Positions 49,285-55,296 of a stretch of DNA of 55,296 bases are shown piece by piece (positions within the stretch are counted from its first letter, which is position 1; the number at the start of each line of letters is the position of its first letter). The stretch is from Chiloscyllium plagiosum (Eukaryota), in assembly GCF_004010195.1 (NCBI RefSeq), contig NC_057755.1:7453312-7508607 (forward strand), read 5' to 3'. The notes under the pieces were generated by a model that was not told the DNA's origin, made no database searches, and saw only the letters and a list, made by a program, of their open reading frames with translations. Position numbers and translations under genes: made by a program.

Positions 49285-49553
49285 AAAACTGAAAGAACTG
49301 CAGGTGCCGTAAATCAGAAACAAAGACAAATCGTGCTGGAAAAGCTCAGCAGGTCAGGCAGCATCCGTGAAGAGAAATCAGAGTTAACATTCAGACGAAA
49401 GGCCATNNNNNNNNNNNNNNNNNNNNNNNNNNNNNNNNNNNNNNNNNNNNNNNNNNNNNNNNNNNNNNNNNNNNNNNNNNNNNNNNNNNNNNNNNNNNNN
49501 NNNNNNNNNNNNNNNNTTCTAATCTCCAGCGTCTTGTAGTCCTCACTTTCGCT
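49285..49553. mobile_element. PLE-terminus arms on either side of an assembly gap (N 49407-49517)
   Basis: gctggaaaagctcagcaggtcaggcagcatcc on the left; atctccagc..gtcctcactttc on the right. Confidence 0.6.
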
Positions 49554-50099
49554 TAGATGGGTTTGACTTAGATTGGATTAGTATGAATTAGGTTTGGAAT
49601 AGATTGGATCAGATTGGTTTAAATACTAGAATTGAGAAAGGGGAAAGGAGGATGCAGATGTGGTATTATAAACACACACAAAGAAAACTAACAGATTCGG
49701 GTCATGATTTAATATCAATATATGGTTTAATATTCAAAGAATATTAATAGATTCTGAGCTTGTTGAAAACAAGGCATTGGAAATAGCAAGAAATCCCAAC
49801 AAATGGTAGATTTAAGTGAACTGTGAAAGTTCAATTTCATTGACATGGCAAGTAGCACTGAAATGCAGAGCTAGAAAGGCATGAATAACTTGAATTATTA
49901 GAACAATATTTATATTCGGACAAAATAGAAAGGAGACCATGAAAAACGAACTATCAGAATTAGGAGATATCCAGTCTCAATTGAGCATAGAACATAAAAG
50001 AATGCAGCACAATCAAGGCCATTCGACCCTTGATGTGGCAATCCTTTATCCTGCTCTAAGATTGAATTAATTGACTTTCCATTCAATTTACTATAATCC

Positions 50100-51195
50100 T
50101 TCTGACTATCCAAGAATTGCTTAAATGTCGTGAGTGGTTCTGCCCCGACGTGAAATTAAGTCTCTCCATACTCTTTTGCCATCTTCTTCGAGGATTATAG
50201 CAACAACACCCACATCGTGTGCATCAATGGTCATCGAATACATGAATGGCTTTGCGCAATTGAGTGTTTCTCACACAGGGCAGTGGGGAAAACAGATTTT
50301 AGGCTTTGAAATTCATCCTCACATTCATTCATCCACTAAAAATTTCTGCATTTCTTCAAATCGACAGTCAGTGGAACATCTTTATGAACGGTGTAGGGAA
50401 CATTTCAAAAAGATTTGTTCTCACATCCTACAGGGCTATCTATCCATGTGCAATGGTACGGCCTAGGAATGTTACTTGGGTTTTTGCGAATTCATTGTTA
50501 GCCAGGTCTATCACCAAACTTGTTTCCTGAAGTTGATTCAACAATTCTGCCAGATGCTCCAAATGCTCCCTCCATCTGTGACCAAAGATCACCAGATCAT
50601 TGATGTACACCACATGATCAATTAATTCCAAATTTACCTTAATACTTAATCTTTGAAATGTGGCTTGTGCATTTTTCACATCAAATTGCTTGACTAAAAA
50701 CTGGGTGAAGTCCATTTGGTGACATGAAACATGGAATATCATTTGCTTTTTCAGATAAAGTACCTGTTAACATCCTTTGATAAATCAACATGAGAAATGT
50801 AAGTCGCTTGCCTACCCTTCTCAATACATTCTTCAATTCATGTACATAGGTTACAAATGCTTTGGATTTTCAAAGGTCCACACAAAACTGTTGGATCCCT
50901 TATGGTGAACTCCATTCACTGCAACTCACTTTGATTATGTCACCAGTGAGCATGCTTCCAATCGCTTTTGGAACGTGTGTGAATTTTAGAGAGTTAAGCC
51001 TGTACAGCAGTTGCTTAATTGGAAAAGCACTTCCTATAGCTACATCATACACAATCAGTTTAGTACTTCCTAGTTCAGATAAATTCAGATAAATGTAGTA
51101 CTCCCACAGAGGGAGCCATGAGATTCTCCTGGCACTTTTTGGTGATGTTGATTTTCCTCTGGAAGTGAATTCAACAACTTATTCCAGTTTCTGAA
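50100..51195 (-). mobile_element. Ty3/Gypsy pol remnant (RT-RNase H)
   Basis: FDVKNAQATFQRL..VYINDLVIF..HLEHL..VTFLG (degenerate MPFG/YIDD region); KPF..IDA.DVGV RNase H start. Confidence 0.78.
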
Positions 51196-52174
51196 AATGG
51201 CTTATAAGAGACTTAGAGTCATAGAGATATACAGCATGGAAACAGACCCTTTGGTTCAACCCGTCCATGCCGACCAAATATCCCAACCTAATCTAGTCCC
51301 ACCTGCCAGCACATGGCCCATATATCTCCAAACCATTCCTATTCATATACCCACCCAAATTCCTCTTAAATTTTGCAATTGTACCAGCCTCCACTACATC
51401 CTCTGGCAGCTCATTCCATACACGTACAAACCTCTGCGTGAAAACGTTGCCCCGTAGGTCATTTTTATAGCTTTCTCCTCTCACCCTAAACCTATGCCCT
51501 CTAGTTCTGGACTTCCGATCGCAGAGAAAATAATTTGCCTATTTACTCTATCCGTGCCCCTCATAGTTTCATAAACATCTATAAGGTCACCTCTCAGCCT
51601 CCGACGCTCCAGGGAAAACAACCCAGGCCTGTTCAGACTCTCCCTATAGCTCAAATCCTCAAACCCTGGCAACATCCTTGTAAATCTTTTCTGAACCCTT
51701 TCAATTTTCATAACACCTATCCAATAGGAAAAAGACCAGAATTGCATGCAATATTCCAACAATGGCTGAACCAATGTCCTGTACAGCCACAAAATGATCT
51801 CTGAATTCCGAAACTCAATACTCTGACCAATAAAGGAAAGCATACCAAACGCCTTCTTCACTATCCTATCTATCTGCAACTCCACTTTCAAGGAGCTATG
51901 AAGCGGCACTCCAAGGTCTCTTTGTACAGCAACATTCCCCACGACCTTAACATTAAGTGGAGAAGTCCTGTTAAGATTTACTTTCCCAAAATGCAGCACC
52001 TCGCATTTGTCTGAATTAAACTCAATCTGCCACTTCTCAGCCCATTGGCCCATCTGATCAAGATCCTGTTGTAATCTGAGGTAACCCACTTCGCTGTCCA
52101 CGATACCTCCAACTTTGGTGTCATCTGCAAACTTACTAACTGTACTTCTTACGCTCGCATACAAATCATTTATG

Positions 52175-52353
52175 GAGAAAGTGAGGACTGCAGATGCTGG
52201 AGATCAGAGCAGCAAATGCGCTGCTGGAAAAGCACAGCAGGTCAGGCAGCATCCAAGGAGCAGGAGAAGAAGGGCTCATGCCCGAAATGTCGATTCTCCT
52301 GCTCCTTGGATGCTCCCTGACCTGCTGTGCTTTTCCAGCAACACATTTTCAGC
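52175..52353. mobile_element. Palindromic PLE-terminus insert
   Basis: Inverted arms around a partial hammerhead agaagggctcatgcccgaaatgtc; exact 15-bp TSD tacaaatcatttatg at 52160-52174 and 52354-52368. Confidence 0.9.
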
Positions 52354-53566
52354 TACAAATCATTTATGTAAATGACAAAACGTCGAGGATACAGCATTGT
52401 TTCTTGTGGCACTCCACTGATCACAGGTCTCCAGTCTGAAAAACTTCCCTCCACCACCACCCTCTGTCTTCTACCTTTGAGCCAGTTCTGTACCAAACGA
52501 CTAGGTCTCGCTGTATTCTCTGAGATCTCACCTTGCTAATCAGTCTCCCATGGGGAACCTTGTCAAACGCCTTACTGAAGTCCATACAGATCACATCTAC
52601 CTCTCTGCCCTCATCAATCCTCTTTGTTAATTCCTCAGTAAAATTCAATCAAGTTTGTGAGACATGATTTCCCATGCACAAAGCCATGTTGACTATCCCT
52701 AATCAGTCATTGCGTTTCCAAATACATGTACATCCTGTCCCTCAAGATTCCCTCCAACAACTTGCCAGCACCGACATTAGGCTCACTGGTCTATAGTTCC
52801 CTGGATTTTCCTTACCACCTTTCTTAAACAGTGGCACCACGTTAGCAAACCTCCAGTTTTCTGACACCTCACCTGTGACTATCGATGATACAAATATCTC
52901 AGCAAGAGGCCCAGCAATCACTTCTCTAGCTTCCCACAGAGTTCTAAGGTACACCTGACCAGTTCCTGCGGATTTATTCACCTTCAACCATTTCAAGACA
53001 TCCAGCACTTTCTCCTCTGTAATTTGGACATTTTGCAAGATGTCACCATCTATTTCCCTACTGTCTATAACTTCCATATGCTTTTCCACAGTAAATACTG
53101 ATGCAAAATTCTCATTTAGTATCTCTCCCAATTTCAGCGGCTCCACACAAAGGCCACCTTGCTGATCTTTGAGGGGCCCTATTCTATCCCTAGTTACTCT
53201 TTTGCCCTTCATGTATTTGTAAAAAATCTTTGAATTCTCCTTAACTCTATTTGCTGAAGCTATCTTATGTCCCCTTTTTGCTCTCCTGATTTCCCTCTTA
53301 AATATACTCTTACTTCCGTTAAACTGTTCTAAGGATTCAATCAATCTTTCCTGCCTGTACCTGACATATGCTTTCTTCTTTTTCTTAACCAAACCCTCTG
53401 TTTCCTAAGTCGTCCAGCACTCCCTATACCTACCAGCCTTCCCTTTCATCCTGTCAGGAATATACTTTCTCTGGATTCTCGTTATCTCATTCCTGAAGGC
53501 TTCCCATTTTCCAGCCGTCCCTTTACCTACGAACGCCTGCCCCCAATCAGATTATGTAAGTTCTTG

Positions 53567-53696
53567 AAGGACCTGAAGAAGGGCTAATTCCCGAAACGTC
53601 GATTCTCCTGTTCCTTAGATGCTGCCTGACCTGCTGCGCCTTTCCAGCAACACATTTCCATCTCTGATCTCCAGCATCTGCAGACCTCATTTTGTC
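53567..53696 (+). mobile_element. 130-bp PLE-terminus insert beginning at a hammerhead core
   Basis: CTGAAGA a gggc taat tccc GAAA cg TC; exact 15-bp TSD ttatgtaagttcttg at 53552-53566 and 53697-53711. Confidence 0.9.
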
Positions 53697-53946
53697 TTAT
53701 GTAAGTTCTTGCCGAATATCGTCAACATTGCCCTTTCTCCAATTTAGAACTTCAAATTTTAGATCTGGCATATCCTTTTTCACTATTATTTTAAATCTAA
53801 TAAAATTATGGTCGCTGGCAAAGTGATCCCCCCCTGACACCTCAGTAACCTGCCCTGCCTTATTTCCCAAGAGTAGGTTCAAGTTTTGCACCTTCTCTAA
53901 TAGGTACATCCACATACTGAATCAGAAAGCGTTCTTGTACACACTT

Positions 53947-54045
53947 GTACATTCCTGAAGAAGGGCATGTGCCCGAAACGTCGAATCTCCTGTTCCCTAG
54001 ATGCTGCCTGACCTGCTGTGCTGTTCCAGCAATAAAGTTTCAGCT
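53947..54045 (+). mobile_element. 99-bp PLE-terminus insert
   Basis: Exact 12-bp TSD ttgtacacactt at 53935-53946 and 54046-54057. Confidence 0.9.
53951..53986 (+). ncRNA. Best-preserved minimal type I hammerhead ribozyme motif (family A)
   Basis: ATTC CTGAAGA A GGGC ATGT GCCC GAAA CG TC GAAT: perfect stem I (attc/gaat), perfect stem II, full core, GUC cleavage triplet. Confidence 0.8.
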
Positions 54046-54499
54046 TTGTACACACTTCACAAATTTCAGTCCATCTAACCCTTAACACTGTGGCATTCCC
54101 AGTCAATGTTTGGAAAGTTAAAATCCCCTCCCCTACCACCCTGTTATTCTTCCAGATAGCTGAGATCTCCTTCCAAGTTTGTTTTTCAATTTCCCTCTGA
54201 CTATTATGGGTCTATAATGCAATCCCAATAAGATTAGCATCTCTTTCTTATTTCTCAGTTCCATCCAAATAACTTCCCTGGATGTCTTTCCGGGAATATC
54301 CTTCCTCAGCAGTGTTTTAATGCTATCCCTTATCAAAAATGCCTCTCCCATTCTTCTGTTGCCTCCCTTTCTATCCTTCCTGCAGCATTTGCATCTTGGA
54401 ACATGAAGCTGCCAGTCCTGCTCATCCCTGAGCCACATTGTCCGATTTAATTCTAGCAATGCCAAAATCAGTATCTTCTGAATTTAGTTCTTCACGCTA

Positions 54500-55025
54500 T
54501 GTAGCAAAAATTAACATATTTTGCATTTGGTATCCTTCCCCATCAAAATACCATTTGAACAAAATCACACAACACACTCTGTGTGAGTTTTCCTTCTTTG
54601 TTACATGGGAGTCAAATAATTAGTCTCATTCACTTTTCTTTCAGTTTGGTAAGGCCCACTAAGCCTTGCTTTTAAAGGTTCACCTAACACCGGAAGTAAC
54701 TCTAATAGTTCGTCTCCATGAGCAAAATTGAGACTTTTTGACAGTGTGAGCAATGACAAGAGGCAAAACATGTACCACTGCCAAAAAAAGCCAATTGCAC
54801 AAATCAATGTTTTTGAACGGTTGGGAACTCTTCAATAAGATTTGTTCTGACATCCTATATGGCTATCTATCCATGTCCAATGTTACGACCTAGTAACATG
54901 ACTTGGGTTTTTGCAAACTCAATCTTTGCCAGCTCTATCATCAAACTGGTGTCCTGAAGTTGATTGAACAATTATGCCAGATGCTCCAAATGTTCCTTAC
55001 ACCTGTGGAAGGAAGATCCTGCTCA
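54500..55025 (-). mobile_element. Ty3/Gypsy remnant (RT end fused by deletion to the integrase C terminus)
   Basis: EHLEHLA*LFNQLQDTSL..EFAKTQV matches 50440-50600; LKARLSGPYQ..NYL resembles the GPY/F module. Confidence 0.7.
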
Positions 55026-55029
55026 TATC

Positions 55030-55296
55030 TGGCAGATTGAATATGTTGTCTCATTACCATTACAACAACAATATTAGGATCTGCAAACCATGGTGGACAC
55101 TTACGCTGGGCTAATCTTAGCTTTCCCAGATAGCTGAAGTATTCTCCGACTGGATGGGAACCCTCTTGTCTGTTGATTGCTGTGTTGCGCCCATTCATCC
55201 ATTGCTGTAGCCTCTGCTCAGTTTTCCCAATGGACCATGCTTCAGGGCATCCTTGCCTGCAACGTATGAGATCGACAACATTGGCCGAGTCACTTG
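55030..55296 (-). mobile_element. PLE family C GIY-YIG fragment at the window edge
   Basis: Similar to ~37250-37440 (catccttgcctgcaacgtat..ttggc.gagtcac). Confidence 0.75.

Larger units (their letters stand above)
51215..54436 (-). mobile_element. CR1 LINE ORF2, decayed, with three PLE-terminus inserts
   Basis: SKFADDTKVGG, DFSKAFDKVPH, NYRPVSL, endonuclease remnants; gagtcatagag tail. Confidence 0.9.

Noticed and set aside
1..55296. CRISPR array or prokaryotic defence system
   Set aside because: No regularly spaced repeat-spacer array or operon-like ORFs; the RT and nuclease motifs all belong to eukaryotic retroelements.

Overview
Vertebrate genomic DNA, almost certainly elasmobranch (shark or ray), inferred from HE1-type tRNA-derived SINEs and HER1/CR1-type LINEs. 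It contains five assembly gaps. Most of the window is nested, mostly decayed retroelements: CR1 LINEs (two with a zinc-finger/SGNH-esterase ORF1), one full-length L1 with a target-site duplication (TSD), a 5'-truncated Tx1-like LINE, Gypsy LTR remnants, and at least three Penelope-like element (PLE) families carrying minimal hammerhead ribozyme motifs. Short PLE-terminus inserts, several of them palindromic and with 12-15 bp TSDs, recur throughout. The only intact-looking host gene is a two-exon, 327-aa class A GPCR of the GPR139/GPR142-like orphan group (41417-41483 + 43161-44077, +). Two pseudogenes of a divergent paralogous subfamily lie on the minus strand inside a ~5 kb segmental duplication. 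All calls come from reading motifs by eye; no database searches were run.
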